NCBI RefSeq assembly: GCF_000008645.1
Contig: NC_000916.1
Span: 1,350,001 to 1,382,000, forward strand
Direction of reading: 5' to 3'
Origin: Methanothermobacter thermautotrophicus str. Delta H
GTDB taxonomy: Archaea > Methanobacteriota > Methanobacteria > Methanobacteriales > Methanothermobacteraceae
Length of the DNA: 32,000 bases
Positions within the stretch are counted from its first letter, which is position 1; each line of letters begins with the position of its first letter. Made by a program: the position numbers and the translations under genes. The notes under the pieces are model-generated. The model searched no databases and was not told the DNA's origin. It was given only the letters and a program-made list of their open reading frames with translations. Shown piece after piece: positions 8,421-19,447 of this stretch.

Positions 8421-10079
8421 ATGGAAAGTCAGGTCTATGAATGTGATGTTCTGATAATAGGCTCAGGTGGAGCTGGCTGCAGGGCAGCCATAGAAGTTTC
8501 TGAACACAATCTCACGCCATTAATAGTTTCAAAGGGATTATCATTTAAATCAGGGTGCACTGGAATGGCTGAAGGAGGATACAACGCTGCATTTGCATGT
8601 GTTGACCCCGAGGACAGTCCGGATGTGCACTTCGAGGACACCATGAGGGGTGGGGGATTCCTCAATGACCCCCAGCTTGTCCGCATACTTGTGGATGAGG
8701 CACCCGACAGGTTGAGGGACCTTGAAACATATGGAGCCCTCTTTGACAGACAGGAATCCGGGCTGCTTGACCAGAGGCCCTTTGGGGGGCAGACCTACAG
8801 GAGGACATGCTACCAGGGGGACCGCACCGGCCATGAGATGATAACAGCCCTCAAGGAGGAGGTCATACGACGGGATATAGAGACAGTTGAGGAGATCATG
8901 ATAACATCCCTCCTTGTGGAGGAGGACCGTGTACTGGGAGCCATGGGTGTGTCCATAAGGGACTCAAGCACTGTGGCCTTCAGGGCGTCTTCAACCATCC
9001 TGGCAGCCGGTGGGGCCGGTCACATCTACCCCGTTACCTCCAACACCATCCAGAAGGGCGGTGATGGATTTTCAGTGGCATGGAAGGCAGGGGCTGACCT
9101 CATAGACATGGAACAGGTCCAGTTCCACCCCACGGGCATGGTCTACCCCGAGTCAAGGAGAGGGGTCCTTGTGACGGAGGCCGTGAGGGGTGAGGGCGGA
9201 ATACTCCTCAACAGTGAGGGGGAGAGGTTCATGAAGAGATACGACCCCCGCGGCGAACTGGCAACAAGGGATGTTGTTGCAAGGGCAATCTACACCGAGA
9301 TCATGGAGGGGAGGGGCACCGGGAATGGTGGAGTCTACCTTGATGTCAGCCACCTGCCCGATGAGGTCATAGAGGAGAAGCTTGAGACCATGCTCCTCCA
9401 GTTCCAGGATGTTGGTATTGATATAAGGTCCGAGCCAATGGAGGTGGCACCCACAGCACACCACTTCATGGGAGGCGTCAGGATAGATGAGTGGGGCAGG
9501 ACAAACCTCAGGAACCTCTTTGCAGCCGGTGAGGTTACCGGTGGTGTCCATGGAGCCAACAGACTGGGCGGCAATGCACTGGCGGATACCCAGGTATTCG
9601 GAAGGAGGGCCGGGATAGCAGCTGCAAGGAACGCCATCAAATCAGCCCCGGCGTCTATCAAGTCTACTGTTGAGGAGGAGGAATACCGTATAAAGTCAAT
9701 GGTGGCCGAAGGATCACACAGCCCATCCGAGATAAGGGACAGGCTTCATGAGGCCATGTGGAACGGTGTTGCCATAGTAAGGAGCCGTGAATCCCTTGAA
9801 TCAGCCAGAGCAGTTATCCAGGACCTCACGACGATGATGGGGGATCTGAATGTCCCTGAGACGTCTGGCTTTAACACCTACCTCATCGAGGCCCTCGAAC
9901 TTGAAAATATGCTTGTAACCTCATCAATGGTGGTGGAATCAGCCCTGATAAGGGAGGAGAGCAGGGGATCCCATTACAGGAAGGATTTCCCTGAAACCAG
10001 ACCTGAATGGCTTAAGAGCATAGTCCTCAACAGGAACAGAAGACCCGGCTTCATAGAGAGGGGCCTTAAATCAGCCTAG
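8421..10079 (+). CDS. tfrA: thiol:fumarate reductase flavoprotein subunit A (succinate dehydrogenase/fumarate reductase FAD subunit family)
   Basis: FAD fold DVLIIGSGGAGCRAA, with HPTG and RGEGG motifs of the Sdh/Frd flavoprotein family. Recognised as Methanothermobacter TfrA. The track start at 8403 is the alternative. Confidence 0.9.
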   Translation: MESQVYECDVLIIGSGGAGCRAAIEVSEHNLTPLIVSKGLSFKSGCTGMAEGGYNAAFACVDPEDSPDVHFEDTMRGGGFLNDPQLVRILVDEAPDRLRDLETYGALFDRQESGLLDQRPFGGQTYRRTCYQGDRTGHEMITALKEEVIRRDIETVEEIMITSLLVEEDRVLGAMGVSIRDSSTVAFRASSTILAAGGAGHIYPVTSNTIQKGGDGFSVAWKAGADLIDMEQVQFHPTGMVYPESRRGVLVTEAVRGEGGILLNSEGERFMKRYDPRGELATRDVVARAIYTEIMEGRGTGNGGVYLDVSHLPDEVIEEKLETMLLQFQDVGIDIRSEPMEVAPTAHHFMGGVRIDEWGRTNLRNLFAAGEVTGGVHGANRLGGNALADTQVFGRRAGIAAARNAIKSAPASIKSTVEEEEYRIKSMVAEGSHSPSEIRDRLHEAMWNGVAIVRSRESLESARAVIQDLTTMMGDLNVPETSGFNTYLIEALELENMLVTSSMVVESALIREESRGSHYRKDFPETRPEWLKSIVLNRNRRPGFIERGLKSA

Positions 10080-10102
10080 GTCCACCTTAAACATAGGTCA
10101 GC

Positions 10103-10797
10103 TCATATGATCTGCTGCCGATGATCACCTGCCATGATCTTCAGCACGGTATCCCGGAGTTCAGGTTTTCTGTAATCAGGGAATACATGGCGGGCCCCTG
10201 CCGCCATCAGGGCCCGATCACTGTACCTTCCTGCTGATATGCCGATGTTAACAGCCCCAACATGGTCACCAGCCCTCATGTCATGGGGAGTGTCTCCGAA
10301 GAGCACGGTACTCCCGGTTGCACCGATCCTGAGACCCCTTCTAACCGCAATCTCTGTTAGCTTATTCCTGTCAGGACTGTCACTACCAAACCCGCCGAAG
10401 GAAAAGTAACCTGCAATACCTGCCCTTTCGAGCTTCATGAATGCTATTTCCCTCAGTTGCCTGTAACAAGGCCCATAGGTACATCCATGGATTTAAGGAA
10501 ACTCAGGAACTCCTCCACGCCATCTATGAGTTCTATATTCTCTTCATTTATGTTATGTTTCACGTATTCTCTGAGTTCCCGGAGGAATCTGGGCAGCTGA
10601 CCCTCTATCTCTTCACCTTCAAGGCCCCTGAGGAGGAGGACCTCCTCTGCTATCACAGGGTCTGTCTTTCCATGGTAGTCTATGAGCTCCACGCCGGCAT
10701 CAACACCATAGACCTCCCTGAAGGCGTGCCTGAAGGCATTCTCATGGGCGGAAGAGCGGTGTATCAGGGTCTTATCAACATCAAAGAGGGCCATCAT
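10103..10797 (-). pseudogene. HAD-superfamily phosphatase interrupted by a 1-nt frameshift (two ORFs, 10453..10797 and 10103..10438)
   Basis: The N-terminal ORF has motif I DVDKT and motif II LVTGN. The C-terminal ORF has GDTPHD. The frames differ by one. Re-reading one C after AAC gives a continuous ...VTGNLREIAFMKLERAGIAGYF... Confidence 0.75.
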
Positions 10798-12077
10798 CCT
10801 GTTAGCTCCGCGGCAGCTGCTTCTGCGAGTTCCATCACGTATTTCTCCTCCAGGACCTCCAGTTCTCCATCCCTCAGGAGAATCCTCCCATCACATATGA
10901 CGGTGTCCACATCGGCCCCTGAGGCAGAATATACCGTGTGTGACGGAGGGTTTCTCCAGGGAGTCAGGTGGGGCCTCCTGGTATTAAGTATGACGATGTC
11001 AGCGAGCTTACCAGGCGCTATAAGACCGGCGTCGATTCCAAGGGCCCTGGCACCGTTGAGTGTGGCCATACTGAACACATCCATGGCTGGAAGCGCTGTA
11101 GGGTCTTCAAGGTTCACCTTCTGGAGCAGTGAGGCTGTTTTCATCTCCTGGAACATGTCAAGGTTGTTGTTTGATGCGGCGCCATCGGTTCCCAGTGAAA
11201 CGTTAACACCCCTCTGGAGGAGCCGGGCGACCGGGGATACTCCCGATGCAAGTTTCATGTTACTTGAGGGGTTGTGTGAGACCTTCACATCTCTCTCTGC
11301 AAGTACATCAATCTCCCAGTCCTTCAGCCACACGCAGTGGGCAGCCACGGTCCGTGGGCCCAGCACCCCAACCTCATCAAGGTACTCCACAGGGGTCATT
11401 CCATGGGACCTAGAGACTTCACTGACCTCATTCTCTGTCTCTGAGACATGTATATGTATCATGAGATCATTTTTATCGGCCAGGGCAGCTGTCTCTTTAA
11501 GGAGTTCCTCTGAGCACGTGTAGGGGCTGTGAGGGCCAAGCGCAACCCTTATGCGGTCATCTGCCATCCCATGGCATTCCTTTATTATCCTGCGGCTCTC
11601 CCTCAGTTCGGCCGTCATCTTTTCAGTGTCTCCCAGGTCTATCATACCGTGGCTTATGACGCACCTGAGGCCTGCCTCCTCCACGGCACGTGCAACGTGG
11701 TCCATGTAGAAGTACATGTCGTTGAAGGAGGTTGTACCTGATCTTATCATCTCGATGCATCCCAGCAGGGCTCCGGCGTAGCAGTAATCCCCGTTGAGCC
11801 GGGCCTCGGCAGGCCATATGTGATCGTTCAGCCACCTGTCAAGGGGTAGGTCATCTGCAATCCCCCTGAAGAGTGTCATTGAGAGGTGAGTGTGGGTGTT
11901 CACAAGTCCAGGAATCAGGAGCTTGCCTGTTCCGTCAATAACGGTGTCAGCATCCCCCGGGCTGAGGGTGTTCGAGACATCAGCTATCCTGTTATCCTCA
12001 ATGAGGACGGATCCCCGCCGGATTCCCCCTGCATCAAGGATCTCTGGACCGGTTATCAGTATGCTTTCATTATCCAT
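10794..12077 (-). CDS. mtaD: amidohydrolase-family 5'-methylthioadenosine/S-adenosylhomocysteine (5'-deoxyadenosine) deaminase
   Basis: A 427-aa ORF with the metal-binding motif LIPGLVNTHTHLSMT and HGMIDL...H..H pattern of the MtaD/DadD (formerly chlorohydrolase-like) family. AGGTGG SD before ATG 12077. Confidence 0.85.
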   Translation of the reverse strand: MDNESILITGPEILDAGGIRRGSVLIEDNRIADVSNTLSPGDADTVIDGTGKLLIPGLVNTHTHLSMTLFRGIADDLPLDRWLNDHIWPAEARLNGDYCYAGALLGCIEMIRSGTTSFNDMYFYMDHVARAVEEAGLRCVISHGMIDLGDTEKMTAELRESRRIIKECHGMADDRIRVALGPHSPYTCSEELLKETAALADKNDLMIHIHVSETENEVSEVSRSHGMTPVEYLDEVGVLGPRTVAAHCVWLKDWEIDVLAERDVKVSHNPSSNMKLASGVSPVARLLQRGVNVSLGTDGAASNNNLDMFQEMKTASLLQKVNLEDPTALPAMDVFSMATLNGARALGIDAGLIAPGKLADIVILNTRRPHLTPWRNPPSHTVYSASGADVDTVICDGRILLRDGELEVLEEKYVMELAEAAAAELTG

Positions 12078-12266
12078 GGAACCACCTTATAACTTATAAG
12101 TTCTAACTTATAATCGGTCAGGGACCGGACTCCAAACCTATTATATAGGTTTCCTGAAAGAGATATAAGTTAATCTCCAGTGAAGAATGATAGATCCTGC
12201 AGATGAACGGATAAACCCTGCAGGAGCTTAATGTAAAATAAATTTAACCAGTCATCGAGGGATTTA

Positions 12267-13130
12267 ATGAAGATAAGAATAGCGGTTCCCTCCAAGGGAA
12301 GGATAAGCGAGCCTGCAATAAGGTTACTTGAAAATGCAGGTGTCGGCCTTAAGGACACTGTTAACAGGAAATTATTCTCAAAGACACAGCACCCCCAGAT
12401 TGAGGTAATGTTCAGCAGAGCAGCGGATATACCGGAATTCGTTGCCGACGGTGCCGCTGACCTGGGGATCACCGGCTATGACCTCATAGTTGAAAGGGGA
12501 AGTGACGTTGAAATCCTGGAGGACCTCAAATACGGGAGGGCCAGCCTGGTTCTTGCAGCCCCTGAGGACTCCACCATCAGGGGCCCGGAGGACATACCTC
12601 GGGGTGCAGTTATAGCCACAGAGTTCCCGGGGATAACAGAGAACTATCTCAGGGAGCATGGTATAGATGCGGAGGTTGTTGAACTCACAGGATCAACAGA
12701 GATAGCGCCCTTCATTGGAGTCGCTGACCTCATAACAGACCTCAGCAGCACAGGGACAACCCTCAGGATGAACCACCTCCGGGTAATCGACACCATCCTC
12801 GAAAGTTCGGTTAAGCTCATAGCAAACAGGGAAAGCTACGCCACCAAATCAGGGATAATAGAGGAACTCAGAACAGGGATACGTGGAGTCATAGATGCCG
12901 AGGGGAAGAGACTGGTGATGCTTAACATCGACCGCAAAAACCTTGACAGGGTCAGGGCCCTGATGCCCGGGATGACAGGTCCCACGGTCTCAGAGGTGCT
13001 CTCAGATAACGGGGTTGTGGCAGTACACGCAGTGGTGGATGAAAAGGAGGTCTTCAACCTCATAAACAGGCTCAAGGCGGTGGGGGCAAGGGATATACTT
13101 GTTGTGCCCATTGAGAGGATAATACCCTGA
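12267..13130 (+). CDS. hisG: ATP phosphoribosyltransferase (long form)
   Basis: MKIRIAVPSKGRISEPAIRLLENAGV... followed by a C-terminal regulatory domain. 287 aa. Confidence 0.95.
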   Translation: MKIRIAVPSKGRISEPAIRLLENAGVGLKDTVNRKLFSKTQHPQIEVMFSRAADIPEFVADGAADLGITGYDLIVERGSDVEILEDLKYGRASLVLAAPEDSTIRGPEDIPRGAVIATEFPGITENYLREHGIDAEVVELTGSTEIAPFIGVADLITDLSSTGTTLRMNHLRVIDTILESSVKLIANRESYATKSGIIEELRTGIRGVIDAEGKRLVMLNIDRKNLDRVRALMPGMTGPTVSEVLSDNGVVAVHAVVDEKEVFNLINRLKAVGARDILVVPIERIIP

Positions 13131-13132
13131 GG

Positions 13133-13915
13133 GTGATTGAATTGAAATTCCTGAGGTTCATGAAGGATGGAAGGCTCCTTCACGGGTTCACAGAGAACAG
13201 AAGGATATTGGAGATCCGGGAGGAGGAATACCTCTCAGATAACCCTGAGGTCATTGCTGAACATTCACTGGATGATGTGAGGATACTACCACCGGTATCC
13301 CCATCCAAGGTAGTCTGTGTGGGCCTCAACTACAGGGACCATGCCGCTGAACTTGGAATGGACATCCCGGATGAACCGATCATCTTCCTTAAACCGCCGA
13401 CAACCGTGATAGGTTCTGGGGACACAGTGATATATCCTGAGATGTCCTCAGAAGTTGACTATGAGGTTGAACTTGCAGCCGTCGTATCAGAGAGGGCCCG
13501 GAGGGTTGACTCCTCGGCGGCATCTGAGTTCATAGCAGGCTACACTGTCCTCAATGATGTAACTGCAAGGGACCTGCAGAGGAGGGACGGTCAGTGGACA
13601 CGTGCAAAGAGTTTTGACACCTTCTGCCCGATAGGGCCTGTAATAGAGACTGATGTAACTCCGGATAATCTTGATATATCCCTGAAACTCAATGGAGAGG
13701 TCAGACAGTCCTCAAACACGTCCAACATGATATTCACGGTCCACGAGCTCCTCGAGTTCATATCCCATGTCATGACACTGGAGCCAGGGGACGTCATAGC
13801 AACTGGCACACCTCCCGGCGTGGGCCAGATGGTACCTGGGGACACCGTGAGGGCCACCGTTGAGGGTGTGGGGACCCTTGTGAACCGGGTTGAAAGGTCT
13901 GTGTGGATGGATTGA
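13133..13915 (+). CDS. fumarylacetoacetate hydrolase (FAH) family protein
   Basis: VCVGLNYRDHAAELG...EVELAAVV...GTPPGVG are FAH-family motifs. The start is ambiguous between GTG 13133, TTG 13142 (6 nt after GAGGGTGAT) and ATG 13160. Confidence 0.85.
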   Translation: MIELKFLRFMKDGRLLHGFTENRRILEIREEEYLSDNPEVIAEHSLDDVRILPPVSPSKVVCVGLNYRDHAAELGMDIPDEPIIFLKPPTTVIGSGDTVIYPEMSSEVDYEVELAAVVSERARRVDSSAASEFIAGYTVLNDVTARDLQRRDGQWTRAKSFDTFCPIGPVIETDVTPDNLDISLKLNGEVRQSSNTSNMIFTVHELLEFISHVMTLEPGDVIATGTPPGVGQMVPGDTVRATVEGVGTLVNRVERSVWMD

Positions 13916-13938
13916 GGATTTTATCGACCATTGAGAAA

Positions 13939-14053
13939 GGATTCTTTTTTCATAATTTTTCAGAGAAAAGAGAGATGGGTCTGGATATTCTTTTGAGGAA
14001 TTCTCATTTTTTCATATGTTTGCAGAGAAAAGAGAAAAAATGGGTCTGGATTT
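13939..14053. repeat. imperfect tandem duplication (~58-nt units) of a T-run/A-run element between convergent genes; probable bidirectional terminators
   Basis: Unit A (13939-13989) is GGATTCTTTTTTCATAATTTTTCAGAGAAAAGAGAGATGGGTCTGGATATT. Unit B (13997-14053) is GGAATTCTCATTTTTTCATATGTTTGCAGAGAAAAGAGAAAAAATGGGTCTGGATTT. Confidence 0.6.
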
Positions 14054-14081
14054 ATACTCTAGGAAAAGAGCTGTCTGAGGA

Positions 14082-16931
14082 TCATTCAAGGTATATGGCT
14101 GGCTTCAGGGGAACGGCATTCACAGCCTTGTTTTCAGGGTCATAGTCTGGTTTGCTGTGTATCACAACCCTGGCTCCAACCTCTGATTCAATGTAATCAG
14201 ATGCATCCATGAGTACGCTGTACTCGTCTATCACCGTAACCTCTGATTTACCAAGGTCCCTGATGATCCTCCTTACAAATTCAGCAACCTCCTTCATGTT
14301 ATCATGGATGCCCTCAGCTGAAACCCTTCCCATTATGGAGCCCATATCTAGTTTTCCTACCTCTGCTGCGACCCTTAGCACATCCCATTTCCATTTTGGT
14401 GAGGTGTATATGTGGACCCTCTCCGGGGTGGATCCAAGGATCTTCATGATTTCCTGAATGTCTCTAACGGTATTCTGGACCATCTCCTCTGCAACCTGCA
14501 CATCCCTGCTCTCTGCATCATCTGAGAAGTCAGGCCATGGAGCTTCTGCTACAAAACCCTCACCACCATACCTCTCCCACATCTCCTCAGCAGTGTAGGG
14601 TATGAATGGAGCCATGAGCCTTATCCAGGCGTGCAGAACGTTTGCAAGGACAGATTTAACCTCATCATCAACTCTACCCTCAACACGCTTAAGGTAGTGG
14701 TCAACATCCTTTTTAAGGAGATAGAGTGCCTCCTGAACTGCCTTTCTTGTCTGGAATGATTCAAGGGCCCTTGTGGCTTCACGTATCCTCTGGTTCAGCT
14801 GACCCATCATCCACCTTCCAATGAAGCTTTCAGGTTCAGCTGGAGTAACCTCACTGAGGACTGGCCTACCATCCAGGATACCTGAGACCCTCTCTCCGAA
14901 TTCCCTGAACCATTCAATCCTCCTGCGGGTCCCGATGACCTCACTCTCCCTCCAGTCAAAGTCCTGCCATGGCTCTGCTGAGGACATGAGGAAGAGCCGC
15001 ACCACGTCTGCACCGTGCTTCTCGATGGCATCCCTCAGGAGTATGACGTTGCCCTTGGAGGATGACATCTTGTTGCCCTCAAGAAGGCCCATACCAAAGA
15101 CCACAGCCCCCCGGGGCCACCCTGACTCAGGGAATATGGCTGAGTGGTGGAATATATGGAATGTCAGGTGATTGCCTATGAGGTCCTTTGCAGAGAGCCT
15201 CCAGTCAAGGGGGTACCAGTACCGGAATTCCTCCCTGAGATCCTCAAAGGTTCCTGAATCATCTAGGAATATGGCATCAAAGAACTCATCGTCCATCTCC
15301 CCGGCATCCATCTCCCTGAGGCGGTGTGCGATGGTGTAATATGCCATGTAGATTGTTGAGTCTGTGAGGGGTTCGATGATCCACCTCTCATCCCAGGGCA
15401 GCCTTGTTCCAAGGCCTATCCTCCTTGAACATGCCCAGTCATTGAGCCAGTCGATGTAGTATTCAAAGTTGGCCCGGACCTCCTCGGGTATTATCTTCAT
15501 GCCATCGAGGCACCTGTGGGCGAGGTCCTTCCAGGCGTCATCAGAGTACTTCATGAACCACTGGTCCTCCATGACCCTCACAACGCACCTGCCACCGCAG
15601 CGGCATATAACAGGTCGCTCAGCGAATTCATACATCTCATCTGCAAGGCCCTGGTCCTTCAGTTCATCAGCGATGACCTCACGGGCCTCAGAGACCTTCA
15701 TACCACCATAGACAGGGATGTGGCTGCTCATAACACCCCTCGCATGCTCGATCTTGTATAGCTCCCCGGTGGCATCCTCAAGGCGGGGGTCCTCCTGGTT
15801 TCTGACACCAAATTTCTCTATAACCTCGGCCGCCGGGAACTCACCGTAGCCATCCACTGCTATGACATTCACGGGCTCAATATCAGCAACCACATCCTCA
15901 AGACCGTACCTTTCAAGGAGTTCATGGTCTGTCCTGAGGTCCTCAAGGGCTATGAAGTCTGCAGGGGCATGTGCAGGGACAGAGAACACAACACCTGTGG
16001 CATATTCAGGGTCAACGAAGGAAGCCGGGAGTATGGGGTGTTCCTGGCCCGTCACAGGATTCTCCACGCACATCCCTATCAGGTCCCCGGGGTTGACGTC
16101 ACCGGAAACCTTGAGGTCCAGTTTCTGGTGTGAAAGATTATCCACGGCAGCCCTGCTTATTATCCACTCCTCACCACCTGTTTCAACCCTCACATAATCC
16201 TCATCAGGGTTCAGCCAGAGGTTGGTGGCCCCATAGATTGTCTCGGGCCTGAAGGTGGCTGCGACCAGGTATGAGTCTCCAAGTTTGAATTTGAGGAGTG
16301 TGAGCTGGTTTATGGCAACCCCCTCACCCTCAAGGAGGTCATGGTCACCCACAGGGTTTTCACATTCAGGGCAGTACTTAACAGGATGGGCGCCCTTCCT
16401 TACGAGGCCAAGGTCCCTCAGCTTCCTTATCTGCCACTGTATGAACCTGCTGTAGGTGGGATCCGTGGTTTTGAATTCACGCCTCCAGTCGATGGAGTAG
16501 CCCATATCCTCCATAACAGACCGGTATTCCCTGCTGAAGTATTCAACTATGTACTCAGGGTCACTGAAACGTTCAAGCTCATCCTCGGGGACCCTGTGGA
16601 CCTCCCTGTAGATTTTGAGGGTCCAGGGATCCTTCCTCTGAATCCTCCGCGCTATCCCTATGACAGGGGCCCCTGTGACATGCCAGGCCATGGGAAACAG
16701 GACGTTGTAGCCCTGCATCCTCTTGAACCGTGCATAGACATCAGGGACAGTGTAGGTCCTCCCGTGTCCTATGTGCATCGCACCACTGGGGTAGGGGTAA
16801 GCGACTGTGAGGAATATCTTTTCTCTGTCATCAGGGTCAGCCTGAAATATGCCAGCATCTCTCCATCTATCACGCCATTTTCTTTCAATATCCACTGAAT
16901 CACCGCCATCATGGCCTTTTAACTTCATCAT
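14082..16931 (-). CDS. leuS: leucine--tRNA ligase
   Basis: A 949-aa class I aaRS with an HIGH-type motif (AMHIGH), a KMSKS-type motif (KMSSSKG) and archaeal LeuRS layout. The true start may be GTG 16895, which follows GGCGGTGAT and would remove the overlap with cutA. Confidence 0.95.
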   Translation of the reverse strand: MMKLKGHDGGDSVDIERKWRDRWRDAGIFQADPDDREKIFLTVAYPYPSGAMHIGHGRTYTVPDVYARFKRMQGYNVLFPMAWHVTGAPVIGIARRIQRKDPWTLKIYREVHRVPEDELERFSDPEYIVEYFSREYRSVMEDMGYSIDWRREFKTTDPTYSRFIQWQIRKLRDLGLVRKGAHPVKYCPECENPVGDHDLLEGEGVAINQLTLLKFKLGDSYLVAATFRPETIYGATNLWLNPDEDYVRVETGGEEWIISRAAVDNLSHQKLDLKVSGDVNPGDLIGMCVENPVTGQEHPILPASFVDPEYATGVVFSVPAHAPADFIALEDLRTDHELLERYGLEDVVADIEPVNVIAVDGYGEFPAAEVIEKFGVRNQEDPRLEDATGELYKIEHARGVMSSHIPVYGGMKVSEAREVIADELKDQGLADEMYEFAERPVICRCGGRCVVRVMEDQWFMKYSDDAWKDLAHRCLDGMKIIPEEVRANFEYYIDWLNDWACSRRIGLGTRLPWDERWIIEPLTDSTIYMAYYTIAHRLREMDAGEMDDEFFDAIFLDDSGTFEDLREEFRYWYPLDWRLSAKDLIGNHLTFHIFHHSAIFPESGWPRGAVVFGMGLLEGNKMSSSKGNVILLRDAIEKHGADVVRLFLMSSAEPWQDFDWRESEVIGTRRRIEWFREFGERVSGILDGRPVLSEVTPAEPESFIGRWMMGQLNQRIREATRALESFQTRKAVQEALYLLKKDVDHYLKRVEGRVDDEVKSVLANVLHAWIRLMAPFIPYTAEEMWERYGGEGFVAEAPWPDFSDDAESRDVQVAEEMVQNTVRDIQEIMKILGSTPERVHIYTSPKWKWDVLRVAAEVGKLDMGSIMGRVSAEGIHDNMKEVAEFVRRIIRDLGKSEVTVIDEYSVLMDASDYIESEVGARVVIHSKPDYDPENKAVNAVPLKPAIYLE

Positions 16932-17226
16932 CTAACCATTCAAGGTAATCACGAGATCCCCCGGTTATGGGAATTGATATTATGCATGGATTATCATAAC
17001 TATGTAGTTCCCTGACTCTTTTAATTATTTGCGGGGTCAGTTCATGGGACGTTTTAACAATGAGGGCTGACTCTTCATCCTCCTCCATGCTTCCCTCCCA
17101 GTGATAGATGGACCTTATGGAGGGGATTATATTAACACAGGCAGCGAGTCTCTCCTCAACAAGTTTACGTCCGATGGATGCTGATTCATCCACTGAGGAT
17201 GCTGTTATGTAGATCAGTGTGAACAC
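16909..17226 (-). CDS. cutA: divalent-cation tolerance protein CutA
   Basis: A 105-aa ORF with the CutA1 pattern [19 protein letters not shown]...E..LIVKT. Confidence 0.9.
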
Positions 17227-18014
17227 TCCATCACCTCCCAGATATCCGGGACCTCAGGGGGTTTCAGTTTATGCTCCGATCCCTTAACCATACTGGCAAT
17301 CCTTTCAACCTCTGAGGGTGGCAGTGATAGGGTGGATGCGACCTCCTCCACCGGGAGCTTCCTGTCAACCAGGAGGCAGAGGAGTTCATCCAGTAGATCG
17401 TACTTCATGCCGAGTTCCTCCTCATCGGTCTGGCCGTGCCAGAGGCCGGCTGTGGGAGGTTTTTTTATTATCTCAGGGGGAACACCCAGCCTCCCCGCAA
17501 GTTCACGGACCTGTCCCTTGTACAGTCCTCCGATGGGTAGCATATCAACTCCACCATCACCGTACTTGGTGAAGTAACCCAGAAGTAGCTCGGTCCGGTT
17601 ACCGGTACCTGCCACGAGCCGGTTCAGGGAGTTGGCATGGTAGTAGAGGATCACCATGCGGGCCCTTGGTTTAAGGTTTGCCAGTGCCAGTTCATTCGCA
17701 TTGTGGCTGCAGAGCCCAGTGAGGGATTCTATGATGGGGTCAATGTCTATGGTTTCACTCTCAATTCCAAGTTCATCTGCAACGGTCCTGGCATGTCTCA
17801 GATCATCCCTGGGGGTAGTACTGGATGGCATGATTAGCCCGAGGACCCTGTCAGGTCCCAGAGCATTAACTGCAAGGTATGCTACTGTGCTTGAGTCCAC
17901 ACCACCACTGAGCCCCAGCACCACACCGCTGGCTCCACTCTCAGCCACCTTCTGCCTTATGAAATCCTCTATTACCGATACCACTTCAGAACAAAGCCCG
18001 GGAACACACTTCAT
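17214..18014 (-). CDS. nadE: NH3-dependent NAD+ synthetase
   Basis: PP-loop GLSGGVDSS and the NadE pattern. ATG 18014 is preferred; the track start TTG 18038 is the alternative. It overlaps the cutA start by 13 nt. Confidence 0.9.
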
Positions 18015-18129
18015 GGAACCACTCTCATCAAACAGCAATGGTTAAAAGTAAGTAGGGTATATTTTATATAACTATCAAAAGAGGTAGAAAAACTTATATC
18101 AGTGATGCTGATCTTGGATCGATGATTAA

Positions 18130-19122
<993 letters not shown>

Positions 19123-19130
19123 ATCCCTTA

Positions 19131-19180
19131 AATTTTTTATGATCAGTACATTGAGCACCTGATTTTTCCTCTTTTTACCA
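19131..19180 (+). terminator. oligo-T tracts after get3
   Basis: T6 at 19133-19138 and T5 at 19163-19167 and 19172-19176, starting 11 nt after the stop. This is the archaeal oligo-T termination signal type. Confidence 0.45.
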
Positions 19181-19390
19181 CCTTTAAGGCCACTGTATTA
19201 TAGAATCACCATCTTTTATTAAAAAATTTTCCATCTCAGATGTCATTATTTCAATTTATATCATATTTAAGACCTTTAAATCTTAATATGGAATTTAAAT
19301 GGGAGTATATCAAATTTTAAAATAATTTTTGACTTCTTAATGTATTTTAGGATGCTGGGGGCTCCTAATTTTTTCAAAGAAAAAAATGCC

Positions 19391-19405
19391 AAAATTTATA
19401 ATATT
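19391..19405 (+). promoter_or_regulatory. TATA-like box for the hmd paralogue
   Basis: AAAATTTATAATATT lies ~45 nt upstream of ATG 19448. AGGTGA SD at 19436-19441. Confidence 0.45.
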
Positions 19406-19447
19406 CATTCAAATTACTTAACAATATATTAATGTTAGGTGAGCACT

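Noticed and set aside
10438-10460. Programmed -1 ribosomal frameshift in the HAD gene
   Set aside because: No slippery X XXY YYZ heptamer exists at the shift site (G GCA ACT GAG), and I could see no obvious downstream stimulatory structure. Mutation or sequencing error is more parsimonious.
10441-11523. 360-aa ORF on the + strand
   Set aside because: It lies entirely antisense to the well-supported HAD and MtaD/DadD genes. The translation is Ser/Ala/Thr-rich and low-complexity with no motifs. It is a typical shadow ORF of a GC-balanced coding region.
12091-12102. Perfect 12-nt palindrome AACTTATAAGTT (with a nearby ACTTATAAT copy) upstream of mtaD
   Set aside because: It is most simply explained as TATA-box sequence, inherently palindromic, for the mtaD promoter in the mtaD/hisG divergent spacer. 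It is not distinctive enough to report as a finding.
12170-12472. 100-aa - strand ORF overlapping the hisG start
   Set aside because: It is antisense to hisG and extends into the promoter spacer. Low-complexity translation.
13939-14053. Possible CRISPR-like array
   Set aside because: There are only two imperfect adjacent units, with no unique spacers of regular length and no cas genes in the window.
13903-14145. 80-aa + strand ORF across the tandem repeat spacer
   Set aside because: It is generated by the duplicated T/A-run element and runs into the 3' end of leuS on the opposite strand. The repeated peptide (FF..FSEKRE / FFICLQRKEKK) reflects DNA repetition, not a protein.
16341-16898. 185-aa ORF on the + strand inside leuS
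   Set aside because: It is antisense to the conserved N-terminal catalytic region of LeuRS, with no recognisable motifs and no SD or promoter context.
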